NCBI RefSeq assembly: GCF_044704955.1
Contig: NC_091982.1
Span: 30,876,001-30,940,000 of the forward strand
Origin: Pristiophorus japonicus
Taxonomy: Eukaryota
Direction of reading: 5' to 3'
DNA: 64,000 bases
This document shows positions 25,937 to 37,446 of this stretch, one piece after another (position 1 is the stretch's first letter; every line of letters starts with the position of its first letter). The translations under genes and the position numbers were made by a program. A model generated the notes under the pieces. The model saw only the letters and a program-made list of their open reading frames with translations. It did not search any database and was not told where the DNA came from.

Positions 25937-26402
25937 ATAAACAAACTTTTCCAAATGCTACTGCACCACAATTATCAGTGCAGCCTCTGAATGAGGAATA
26001 TACAACACAATATCCTGAATATTGTAAACTGAACTTTTATTTAGCTGAAGGGTATAGAAAGAGCCATATAATAATGGGTGTCTAATCTACCATTGATACT
26101 TATGTTAAAACCCCGGTATTCATTCACTGCAAAATACATCATCTGTAGGTAATTTTCTGAAAAGCCCCAGGTTTGAGAAAGACCGCAGTCATTATCATTA
26201 TTACTGAGGTCCTGAGTGGATGTGGGTGTGTGGGTGTAATATGTTCTCTCACAGCTGTGGTCTGTAGTCAGTGAATCAAATTGTTACAGTGAAATATTCA
26301 AAACATGTCCAAAGTATCCCAGACAATCATGGGATTGTCGCAGAAAACATGGATTCTTCCTGCATAAAAAGCAAATTTCCATCATCCATTTTGCTAACCG
26401 AC

Positions 26403-26525
26403 TGTTCTGAAGAAGGGTCAGCACCTGAAAAATAAACGTATTTGTTCTCTCCACAGGTGCTGACTTACCTACTGCATGTTGCCAGCTTTTTCTGTTTTTG
26501 TTCAGCATCTGCAGTATTTTTACTT
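26403..26525 (+). mobile_element. Penelope-like element remnant
   Basis: TCTGAAGAAGGGTC...CCTGAAA...TCTCTCCACAG(G)TGCTG...CCAGCTTTTTCTGTTTTTG resembles the common fish/shark PLE terminal repeat (family assignment from recall). Confidence 0.5.
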
Positions 26526-29245
26526 GAATGTTCTGATTTCCCCGTTCAAATTATGATTTAGTTACATATTTCCTAATGTTCAGCTCTCACACAGTTCATT
26601 CAGTAAGAAATCCAGTGTTAATATCATTCTGTGACCCCCCACCGGAAGTTAAGATGTCCTAGTTTTGTATCTTCCCATAAGCTTGGCTCTTTAACCATTT
26701 AGCAACATTTTCCACTGTATCTTAGTGTTATCACATAAACTGGCTTCAGTGAAATTATATGACTTTAATGGTATCTTAATAGCTGGCCCTCCAAATGAAA
26801 TATGTCTTGCAGAAGTGAGCTGGCCCATCTCATAGACACAGGCAGAGAACTTATATCATCCGGTGTGTTCTGTTTGATTAACAGCTCAGCAAGCTGTACA
26901 CAAAAGTTGGATTGATGGTGATAACAAAGAAGTATTTAGAATTTCTGACTCCAGTGGTGGAGGTGGGTGTGAGGAGCCTTTGAGGAGGTAATGCAGGAAA
27001 AAATAGGGAAAAGAGACAATAAGATGCTTAATTGAAAAGCAGTGAAATAACCTTTTTCTAGTCACAAACTCTGTTAGAATTGATCCTGTAACATTGTGGG
27101 TAGACAAGCTGAAAATGACATTACACCACTCCAGGCACAATTAAATTCCATTTTAATTAATTTCAATAAAAAGTGGAAATCTTCACCAAAAAAAACAGTT
27201 TTCAACAGTTGCAGCAGATAATTAAAATTTGATCGCTCCACTTCTAGCTGAAAGCAGTGGAAACTAGAGTCATTTAAACTGTAGGATTATATCAATCTGA
27301 GGATGTCTGCAGTATTATGCAACCACATTCTGGTGGCTTTCCAAACAAAAATCACCAATGGCATTCAAACAAGCTTTTATTTTCCATAAATGCTTGTTCT
27401 TTGTGGAATTTTGTGCTGGAGTTTTCCCTGGTATCAGATTGGTATTCAGGAGTGCTGACAATAACTCACCCCTATCCCCACTCACCTCCCCATCCAATCC
27501 ATAATGTGGAATACATACAGCATTGCTATCACACCCTCAATAAGAATTGACTTGTTCTAATCTCATGAAAGATGAGTGCAAGTCTTGCACAATAATTTGA
27601 TTGTATCCCCCAATTATGGAGAACCAGGCAGTTCCTACTGGGGCACAATGCAACTGTCATATGACGCATCCCCATTTGGCAGAGGCACATTATTGTTTTA
27701 CAATGTTAAGCAAAGTAGTTATGTGTTTTAAAAAGTAGAAAACATTGATCTCTCAAGGTGAGAATAAAAGTGTCAAATGCTTCAGAAACAGTATTTTTTA
27801 ATCTGAAAAAAGTATGCTTTAGAAATATTAATAGCCATTTTCAGGGATAACGCAAGAACCTCAAGTACTTTAGAACAGCAGGAGTGAGTGATCAGCAATG
27901 ATATGATATAAAATTTCAATTACTTTAGAGACTGCGAGTATTTTGTAAGAATAATCAAAAAAATTATTGGATTATACCCCCCTTTAAGAGAGGGTCATTA
28001 AATAACAGAAGTGTGCTATTTTCTCAAATAGCATTACTTCTGTCTTTATCTTTTAAAAAAAAATATTTGTTGTACTTGATGCAAGAATAAAACATGATCT
28101 GGGTATTCTCCTTGTGAGGGGGGAACACAACTATTTCAATTAAAATTATCCCACGACTTGCCCATTCAAGGAGAAGTTATGAATCTTCTTCATCTGGTTA
28201 ATTTTCTAATATTCTACAAATTCAAATATTTAAAAGTAAACTTACTAATTTAACTACATCTGGTGTTATAAATATAATTCCAAAGCTGAATTTAGTAAAG
28301 TAGCAAAATAAAATAGCAAAAATATATATTTGAAATTAGTTACGAAAGCAAAAAAATAATTTCAATATTAGCAAACTAGCTATATGCATTACAATATTTC
28401 TAATGCTGAATTTATATATTTTGTAAAGCGATCTGACTGACAATGTTTTTACATCTTTCTAGTCTCTCGTCAGGAAGTTATCAAACGATGTATTCAGAAA
28501 GTCTATGAAGAACTGTTACGACTGTAATCACTCTATGCCTTTACATCAATAATTGCAATTAGAGTGAGAGAGGTCTCAGGTAATCTCGTGTTGCTGTATC
28601 CCTATTTCTAGACTTTACACAGGCACTTGTCGCAAATTACATGCAATCAACTGTCCAAACCATTCCAAGTATATTAGGGATGTCTCTAGATGGCAGATTG
28701 TGAATGACTGTTTTTTTAATTAAGTGGAAAAGGGATACTGCAGCCTAAAACGGAATATTTTGCTTACTGTGAATTTACAGTGCTTTAAAGGAACTCTGGA
28801 ATTGGAGTTCTTTCACTTATATGTGAGGAGAAAATAGCAAAAAAAGTTATTATTCACTGCAACTCCCAGAATGCTGTAAGTCCCATAAATATCCTATGAA
28901 CAATTCAAATAGGTTAGCTTCCTCTGGGTCTACTGTGAATATTATGAGTATAAAAAGATACTCAGTATTGTTGTATTATGTTATATAGTGTATAGTCACA
29001 AATCTAGTTATTCTATATTGCAAAATAAGAATTGAAGGTATATGGCATCCCATCATCCCATAACATTTCTCGTCCTCCATAACCTTTGTCACCCATTCAC
29101 ATCCTCTCTTCCACACATTAAGGCCAAATAGAATTGAGGATATAGAGAAGTGAACAGCACAGTATGATCTTTTTCAGGGAATTTAGAATCAGGAACTTTG
29201 CCTTGAAATTACATTGCAGGAAAATAGCATAAGAATGTTTAATGG

Positions 29246-29375
29246 AACATAAGAACAAGAGTAAGCCATTCAGCCCCTCGAGCCTGTTCCGTCATTCAAT
29301 TAGATCATGGTTGATCTGTACCTTAACTCCACCCACCTTTGCTCCATAATGCCTTGATACTCTGACCTAAAGAAA
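29246..29375 (-). mobile_element. CR1 3' UTR fragment
   Basis: AACATAAGAAC...CAGCCCCTCGAGCCTG...GATCATGG as in the other CR1 tails. Confidence 0.7.
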
Positions 29376-32300
29376 AGCATTTGTTTGAAATTCCTCTCTC
29401 CACTACTTTACAGAGATGCTAACCTATTTTTAATAAATATATTAATGGTGCTATTAAAGTAGTGGATAGAGGAATTTCAGACAAATTCATTAAGCATTAG
29501 CGCACTAATATCACTCAGTGTATGTTCAAAGCTGTGATTTCTTCAAAGTTTAGGGATCAAAAGATTATAGTGAAGAGGAGGTGCACATTCACGATAAAAT
29601 AATCATACATGGGCTCTGGATGGAGTGAGCGTGATGGGTCAAATGGCCTTTTCTTGCTGTAGACTTTCTTCGATTCCTTATTCAGAATTTTTATTTTAAA
29701 ACAAAAGCTGTGGACTATATAATGTAAAGAATATCAAATGTCTAGGAGTGAGCTCCAGGCAGTAAGTTGAACTTGCAATCCTGATGATGTTCGTTAACAC
29801 CTTAGCGTTGTTATCTCGAGTTATGGCATCATCAGATCTGCTCGATTGGATTCCTGCCAGTCATCGATTATCCTATTCATTCTGTTGCACTTATTTGTAG
29901 CTTGTTTTTGTTTATATACAATTAACTGGAAACTTGTTTATTTTGCATAAAGTAACTAATAGTGAGTAGCATTTGAAATGCAAATAACATTTAAGAGGCT
30001 TATATGGTTTTGAAATGCGATTAATGAATTTTGTCTACCAAACAGCTAGAATTAATTATCATTATTTTACCCATGCAAAACACCAATACCAAACTTGTAA
30101 GTCACATTGCTTCTTTATGTGATCCAATCCATTGATCAGCCTGTAATGTTTTCTTTACTTTATGTCTTTATGTCTGTGCAGAGTTTATACAGAATGTAAT
30201 GGTCAGTTTCAATGCCAAGGTGGTGAAGTTGCATGTCTAGTTTGCCAGCATAGATATTTCTAATCTTCAATTCAGTAATTTCCAGTGTCCTGAAATTACA
30301 GCATAAAATAAGTGTAATTCTCACAGATATAGAATGAAAGGTCTTATTAAATGCGCGAGAACTTCATATTATATTCTCTCCAGCCATTTTCAATGTATTA
30401 ATATTGTTCCCGATGAGACAAATCCTCTTTCATGCTCTACTAAGCTTCACTTAATACACATACACACATCATCATGCACCAGAATTTTGCATCAGCACAA
30501 ATGTAGCTCATTGACTGAAAACTTAAAGAATGAGGCAACTTCGTTTGTAATTCCTATGAAATGTTCAAGTACAGTGTCCTAAAAAAATTATTCAAATATT
30601 ATTCTTTATTTTTCATTTCTACTATTGTTGTCTCTTCATTGAGTTATCCATGAATCTCTTTTACAGCAGTGGTCAGAGGTGCTTATTTCTATGAGTGCAG
30701 AGTGCCTTCTCATTGTCTCTCTCCTGCCCATGGAACTGTCAGGCATCAGATAAGTGATTATACAGTATAGGAGAAAGCTGGTAGAGACTGGGCTCAGAAC
30801 TCTCAAAATTAGAAATTCCTGCTGATACCATGCACTTATTATAAGTCATTGTTACTAATTAACTTACAATTTGTTAAATATTAAAAGTTATTCCCCTACA
30901 TTCCCCAAGAGAGTTGTTGGAGATGGCAGTTACAAGTAGAAGGTGCAGTGTGAGGTTATTTGAGGGCATGAGGTCTTTTGAAGCAGGGGATAGTGTTTCC
31001 CGACTAGCCTGGCACGATGTAGTGATTTGCAAATCCTGTTATAAGGCAGCTCTAATACATTTGCAGGCATACGTACACACCGCTCACAAACTGGCTACAA
31101 ATATAGGACCACATATTGAAGCAGTCAAGTGGATTGTTGGAAATCCCATTTGGATACCAGCTTTCTGTTCGAGATGAGATTCTGACAGCCACTAAACTGG
31201 AATATTTGCTGGCATCAGATGTGAGGCTGTTTCGCTCTTTCACTTCCTAAACGCGGAAGAAATCTCTTTTTTTTTAAGTAACATTTTATTATCAAAGAAA
31301 ACTAATATTAAAATAATAAATGAGAACATGCCATATAACAAATTTTCTGGAAGCTATTGTAGTTCTGAAATAGTTCCCAAAAATGTTTCTTTTCGAACAT
31401 ATTTTACTGATGGATTATGAATAAGGAACACAAGCTTTCCACAGAGAACCGACTCTATTCTAAAGCTTGATGTACATGTTAGAAGTTCTCAAACTCATAA
31501 ATCAGGTTTCTTTTCTACGCTCTAGTTTATCTTTACTTTTAAACTGAACTGTGATGCAGAGTAAAAGGTTTGTTCTGAATCCTACACTAATGCTTGCAGG
31601 ACAGGCTAATCCTTTGTATTAAAGATGGATATCTATTCATGTCAAGGCAACTTCTTTCGCTATGAACCACTTGTTTTAAAGTGCCCATACACCTCGTTTT
31701 AGATGACTTTTTTTCTTAAGGAACAGCAGAGAACTGCCATTTATTCTGTGGGAAAGAAAAAAGGAATGTCAATGTATTGTCTGTGTAAGAATGTATGCAC
31801 TGGAGAATCTCTGTATTTCATATATAACCTACATTCTACTGGAGCTACTAACAAAAAATAAAGTTTACATATATTTATAGCATTACTAGTTCTGTGTTTC
31901 TGGGTTTTTTTGTATGTTGTCATAAATTCAGAAGAAACATTGCTCAATGGCTCAGCAAGTAAATGCACCATGTGTTGTAGTACTGAGCCATGCAGACCAG
32001 GTGTCAGATCTGTTGCATTCAAGATTATTAGGTCAATATACAGCCTAACTAATGGTCGAAAGGGACCACTGGAGTCCAGCACCATAAGGGTAACTTTTTT
32101 TTAAACACTTAAAGAAAGAAAGCACCTGTATTTAATTGGAGCCTTTCGCAACCTCAGGATGTCCCAAAGCGCTTTACCGCCAGTGACATACGTTTGAAGT
32201 GTAGTCACTGTTGTAATGTCGGAAAACGTAGCTGAATGTGGACCTGAGAGGGGCAGGCCATTGCTTGCCTTCCTTTCAAATGCCTCCCGCCCACTTTCAG

Positions 32301-32485
32301 ACTTACCTGAGCGGCGGCAGATTGCGTTCCCCCCCCTCCCCCCCTCCACGATTGGTGAATTGCCTCTGGGGCCACAACTGGCACCCACAGTTCCCCGGTA
32401 CTATCCTAATGCTATGATGCTGCCACTCGCCTCATCGTTCACGTGCAGTTTATTTGGCCATGATCCAATAATCCAGAGCATTCAA

Positions 32486-33325
32486 CTCTTTTGGAGAAAA
32501 CCATAATAAATTAAATCAAGTGCCCCCCAATCTGGGGGACACTTCAAACACTTTTCACATGTCCTTTTTTTGGGGGGGGGAGTGGTTTTGGTGATTTTTG
32601 TGTTTTTTTTGTGATTTTTTTGGGGGGCATTAAAATCATATATTTTACAAGTGCCCCCTATAAAAGGGGAGGGGGACACTAAAACCGGCAATTAAAACAA
32701 ATTAAACTTTAAAACATATAAAATCAAATTAAAATTTGGTTGCCGGGGGTAATAATGCACTCCAGTCCCGCCGGTGCCCACCTCTCGCAGAAGGCCGCGA
32801 GCGTACCGGTGGACATCGCGTGCTCCATCTCTAAGGACACCCTGGCTCAGATGTAGGCACGGAAGAGAGGCAGGCAGTCGGGCTGAACGACCCCCTTGAC
32901 CACCCGCTGCCTGGACCGGCTGATGGCACCCTTGGCCGTGCCCTGGAGCAGTCCTACGAGGAGGCCCTCGGACCTACCCGCTCCCCTCCGCACAGGGTGC
33001 CCAAAGATCAGGAGTGTGGGACTGAAGTGCAACCAGAAATTGAGGAGCAGCCCCTTTAAATAATGAAACAGGGGCTGCAACCTCGCACACTCCATAAAAA
33101 TATGGAACACGGACTCTTCCAGACCGCAGAAATTGCAGGCGGCCTGGGAGCCCGTGAACCGGCTTAAAAGTTTGTTGCACGGGACTGCTCCGTGCACCAC
33201 CCTCCAGACCAAGTCCCCGATAAATAGTGGGAGGACTCCCGCGTAGAGTGCACTCCATCGGAGACTCCCGCCTCCTCCGGACGGCAAAATGTTGCGCCAT
33301 GGCGTGTCCGGACGGCAGACGAGGG
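32486..33325 (-). mobile_element. Tx1-clade (L1 group) LINE, 5'-truncated
   Basis: TSD TCCAGAGCATTCAA (32472-32485 / 33326-33339). C-terminal zinc-knuckle region CNFCGLEESVFHIFMEC...LHFSPTLLIFG. Confidence 0.85.
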
Positions 33326-33737
33326 TCCAGAGCATTCAAACAAGAAGTAACCCCACCAGCGGCAATTAATTACTGATGGCCTCAGAGCCTGGTTAATAGT
33401 GAATGCTCTACAGAAACTTTATAGTGTCACACTTTCCCTGTGCTTTCAAGGTTTGTACTTTGTACAGCCACAAGTGGAAGAACCTATCATTTGCTCTCGA
33501 ACCATTTTCATTGTTGTGATGAGCTTTGCATTATGCTTAAGAAACTTGCAAATACGTGCCACTAGAAAACTGTTGAAATGATTGTGAACATCAGATACCT
33601 TATGGGGTCAATTTTAACCTAACATGCTCACCAGGAAACTGATGGGATTGGGTGCCACGCTGGTTTTACACCACGCCCATTTTTACTCTCTATTGAAGTC
33701 AGTGGAGTCAACAAGTAAATGCACCATGAGTTGTGGT

Positions 33738-33922
33738 TTTTTTTTTTTTTTTTTTGGGCACTAAAATCAAATTTTTCCTTTTTCCAGTGCCCCCTATAAA
33801 AGGAGAGGGGGACACTAAAAGCACCGGCAATTAAAACAAATTAAACTTTAAAACGTAAAATCAAATTAAAATTTGGTTGCCGGGCGTGATGATGCACTCC
33901 AGTCCCTCCGGTGCCCACCTCT
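33738..33922 (-). mobile_element. Short polyadenylated Tx1-clade 3' fragment
   Basis: Poly-T at the left end and 16-bp TSD CACCATGAGTTGTGGT (33722-33737 / 33923-33938). Homologous to ~32625-32785. Confidence 0.85.
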
Positions 33923-34111
33923 CACCATGAGTTGTGGTACTGAGCCATGCAGTCCGGGTGTCAGATCTGTTACATTCAGGATGACCAGGTTCACCTGATA
34001 ATGAACTGATTTCCTACTGCCACTTGCTATACCCACACCTGTTCAGCACAGCAGCACTGATGACGCTATCTGGTGTTTTAATTGGCAGCAAAGGGGTGAA
34101 GCAACAAGGAG

Positions 34112-34522
34112 CAATGTTCCCACTAAGCATCATCATCATCATAGGCAGTCCCTCGAAATTGAGGAAGACTTGCTTCCACTTTAAAAGAGAGTTCTCAGGT
34201 GATTGTACAGTCCAATGTGGGAATTACAGTCTCTGTCACAGGTGGGGCAGACCGTGGTTGAAGGAAAGGGTGGGTGGGTAGTCTGGTTTTCCGCACGCTC
34301 CTTCCGCTGTCTGCGTTTGGTTTCTGCATGGTCTCAGCGACGAGGTCCAACACCGCCTCCAGTGTGCCGCTAAGCACGGCTGGATAGTCATCTGCAAGGT
34401 CCCGCACAGACTGCTCACCGGCTTTTACATTGCAGATACCGCGCATGCGCAGGAATTTGAATGGGCCGGGTATTGGGGAAGGACGGCTGCACAGGAGGCA
34501 GTGCAGCTTACAGGGGACATTG
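34112..34522. mobile_element. hAT-type MITE
   Basis: TIRs CAATGTTCCCACTAAGC and GCTTACAGGGGACATTG. 8-bp flanks ACAAGGAG / ACTGGGAG (6/8 identical). Confidence 0.7.
34130..34369 (-). mobile_element. RTE 3' fragment with short inverted 5' piece
   Basis: (CAT)n tail and TSD CTAAGCA (34123-34129 / 34370-34376). Homologous to 21640-21845. Confidence 0.85.
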
Positions 34523-35599
34523 ACTGGGAGGGAAAGGAATTCTGAACTTATCGTACACCAGAGTTCCTTACACTCCCAGTTGCTTCACCCCTTTGCTGAC
34601 AATGGAAACACCAGATGATGTTCCACCTGATCCCATGGGTTTCCTGCCCCGCGAGTTAGGTTACAATTACCCACAACTTGTCTCCAGGCATGGGTTTGAG
34701 TTCAGCAGTTGTTGGCCTATTGTTTTTCACACTTCTTAGTAACACTAACATGGCAATGTTGGAGCCGACTGAATGACATTTTAATGAACCCATTGTCCAG
34801 GATGGCTTCTACACAAAGGATTCATCCTTTTCTTAGCATGATATTAATTCATAAACTCACATCTTCCAATTCCCAATTTATTAGTATGCTAGAGTTCCTT
34901 TCATGCCCAGTTGCTTCACCCCTTTGCTGCCAATGAAAACACCAGATGGCACCATCAGTGCAGATTCGTGGAACAGGTGTGGATTTAGCAAGTGGCAGTA
35001 GCAAATCAGTTAATTATTGCTCCTGAAGTAAATACTTACTTCTCTGCTCGTAAACGGTTGCAACTTGCACTCAGGCATAACTTATAGGCTCCCTGATGGT
35101 CCAACAAGTATTGTCACCAAGTAGCTGAGCCGCACAGATTGGGATGTTCCAGACTCACTTCCTGTCTATGCTGAGTTAGTCGATCTCAAATGGGGTGGCG
35201 ACAGGAATGCTGGAGTTGGCCCAGCTCTCCAGTATTAGTGAGGGTAATAATCCATGGTTCTAGTGCCTGAGTTATCCAGGAGTGAGAATAACACTTCCGG
35301 CAGGCATCTCTCTTCTATAAGCAGAGGAATATTAAAGGTTATGGGGACCAGGAAAGCAGGAAAGTGGTATTAGACTAGGTGGTTCATGGAGAAAAACACT
35401 GACAGATTTGATGAATCCAATGGCTTGTTCCTGAGCTATAATATTCTGTGATTCTAAGAGTGCATGTGGATGTCGGGTGAGGAGAGAATCATGCGCAGTT
35501 TGATGCTTCCAACGCACACTATCAAAGCTCACACAGGAATAATGCCCATTTGACTGAGGTACTGGAGGGCTACTGGCATCCATGTCCCAGAAAGGAGTC

Positions 35600-36696
35600 A
35601 GAGGTAAAAATTTATCTGGGCCCGTTTTAGGGACCAGAATTGGTGCAACACAGCCAGTGCAGGTCCAATTAGGTGGGCGCAACCAGGAAGCAAAATTGGT
35701 GAGGGGTCCTCATTATCATAAAACAAGTTGGCTGCCATGCTCCTAGTCCTGTTGTCAGCTTGCCAGCTCACCTAATGGGGGATAAATCTCTTAAAGGGGA
35801 GATGCAGTGTAACTGCAGGCAACTTGCATTCAATACAACCTGCAAAAGTGGCACGCAGAAAAGAAGCAGGAAGGGCCACAGCCCCCACCCCAGTTTTCAG
35901 ACGCTGCTTAGTGGTGATGGTGAAGGAAACGGGCAAGAGGGATGTTTTCATCCCACCAAATGCAGGAAAGTCCTGAGACAAGCAGCAGTAGACAGATATG
36001 GCAAAGCAGGTCAGTGCCAAGAGCAATACCCCATGGACCTGACTGCAATACTACAAGAAATGTAATGACCTGACTAGGATTGCTCAGGTAAGACTCCTAA
36101 CTCAGATCAGCTGCCTTGTTTGCTGCCACTGCTGTTCTCTCCGGTGTGGCAGCCTCAATGGCAATCTCAGCAACATCACCAGCTTTCCAACTATACTGCA
36201 GCCAATGAAGTCAAACTGTGCAGCTACAGCCAAATGTCAGCTCACCAACAGCTCTGTGCACTCAAAAACTGCCAATACCCAACCAAACTAGGCACAAAAT
36301 GGTTCCACAAATCTCCATCAGCCAATGACAATTATCCAGAAATTTACCTGAATGAAGGTGAGCTTTCCTTTAAATATCATTGCTTCGGCCTACTTTCCGT
36401 GTGTTCCTGCCATGATTTGCTGAGCGGGCTTAAGAATGAGCAAATCAGGTGCTATCAGACACCAATTTCTCAAAAGGCTCCTAATTCAAGTGCAGGACCC
36501 ATATTTACATATTATAATCAGCCCAGGGTTCATTTCAGGTGGCCACCAAGAAAGATAAAGGAGCGCCTTAACCAATATGGTGGCCATCGCATTTCAGACG
36601 CATTTCGGGCGCATGCTGGCACTGGACATCCCACCGAAAATTGGTGCGTTTATTTTATGCCTGAAAGCTGGTGAAACACAATCGAATTTCTTCTCC
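35600..36696 (+). mobile_element. Decayed Harbinger-related element with Myb/SANT-like relic
   Basis: ~36040-36087 encodes ..YKKCNDLTRIAQ|gtaag, paralogous to QCRKKFNDLTRITK|gtgagt at 37654. Boundaries are approximate. Confidence 0.5.
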
Positions 36697-37446
36697 AAAG
36701 TCATCAGGAGAGAAGGAAAAGGAAGAAGCATTGGGAGAGAAAATTTGTAAAAAAAAGTAATAAAAATACATGAATTGCACTGAAAACTGGTCAAAGAAAC
36801 AAAAAACACATGTTTCTAATCATGACTGGCTCTCACTTCCCATTTTGCCTCCCTGTTTTTCAGAATTAATTACCAGAGCACTCCAATTTCGACCTCTCTT
36901 AATTTCTGTCACTACTTTACCAATTGAAATTTTTCATTCAATTATATTTTATAACTTGTGGGCTTTCCTTTTCAAATCTATAAAGGGATAACCAGTCCAA
37001 TATCGAGCCAGCAGCCAACTAAATGAGTTGGAGATTATTCATTGAGAGCTGTGGTATAATACATAATTGAAATGTCAAAAGGGCAGTATGCGTGTGGTCT
37101 ATTGGTGTACTGCAACATCTTGTGCAGTAGATTGTTGGATCTAGACTTCAGCCTACAATTCACAAATAGAATTGCAAAGGGGTTAAATTGGTTAGCCTCC
37201 GAAAATGGGCGTGGGGATCTCGGTACGTGATTAACCCATGCCCATTCATTGCATGCAGGCAGCACGTTAAATTGCTGCTGCCTGATGTTTTACATGATTG
37301 CTGCATGCAGCCAGCACTATCCGCACTGTTCATTGGCTAATGCCACTTAAAGGCAGCCTGGACCTCTTAAAGGGGAGGTGCACTGTGGCTGGAAGAAGTG
37401 GTGGGAGTCCTTTGAAAAGAGAACCTGTGCTGTGATACTTCGATCA

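Larger units (their letters stand above)
33604..34672. mobile_element. MITE with GGGGTCAATTTTAACCTAAC-type TIRs containing nested elements
   Basis: Left GGGGTCAATTTTAACCTAAC...CAGGAAACTGATGGGATTGGGTG; right CACCTGATCCCATGGGTTTCCTG...GTTAGGTTACAATTACCC. Confidence 0.65.
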
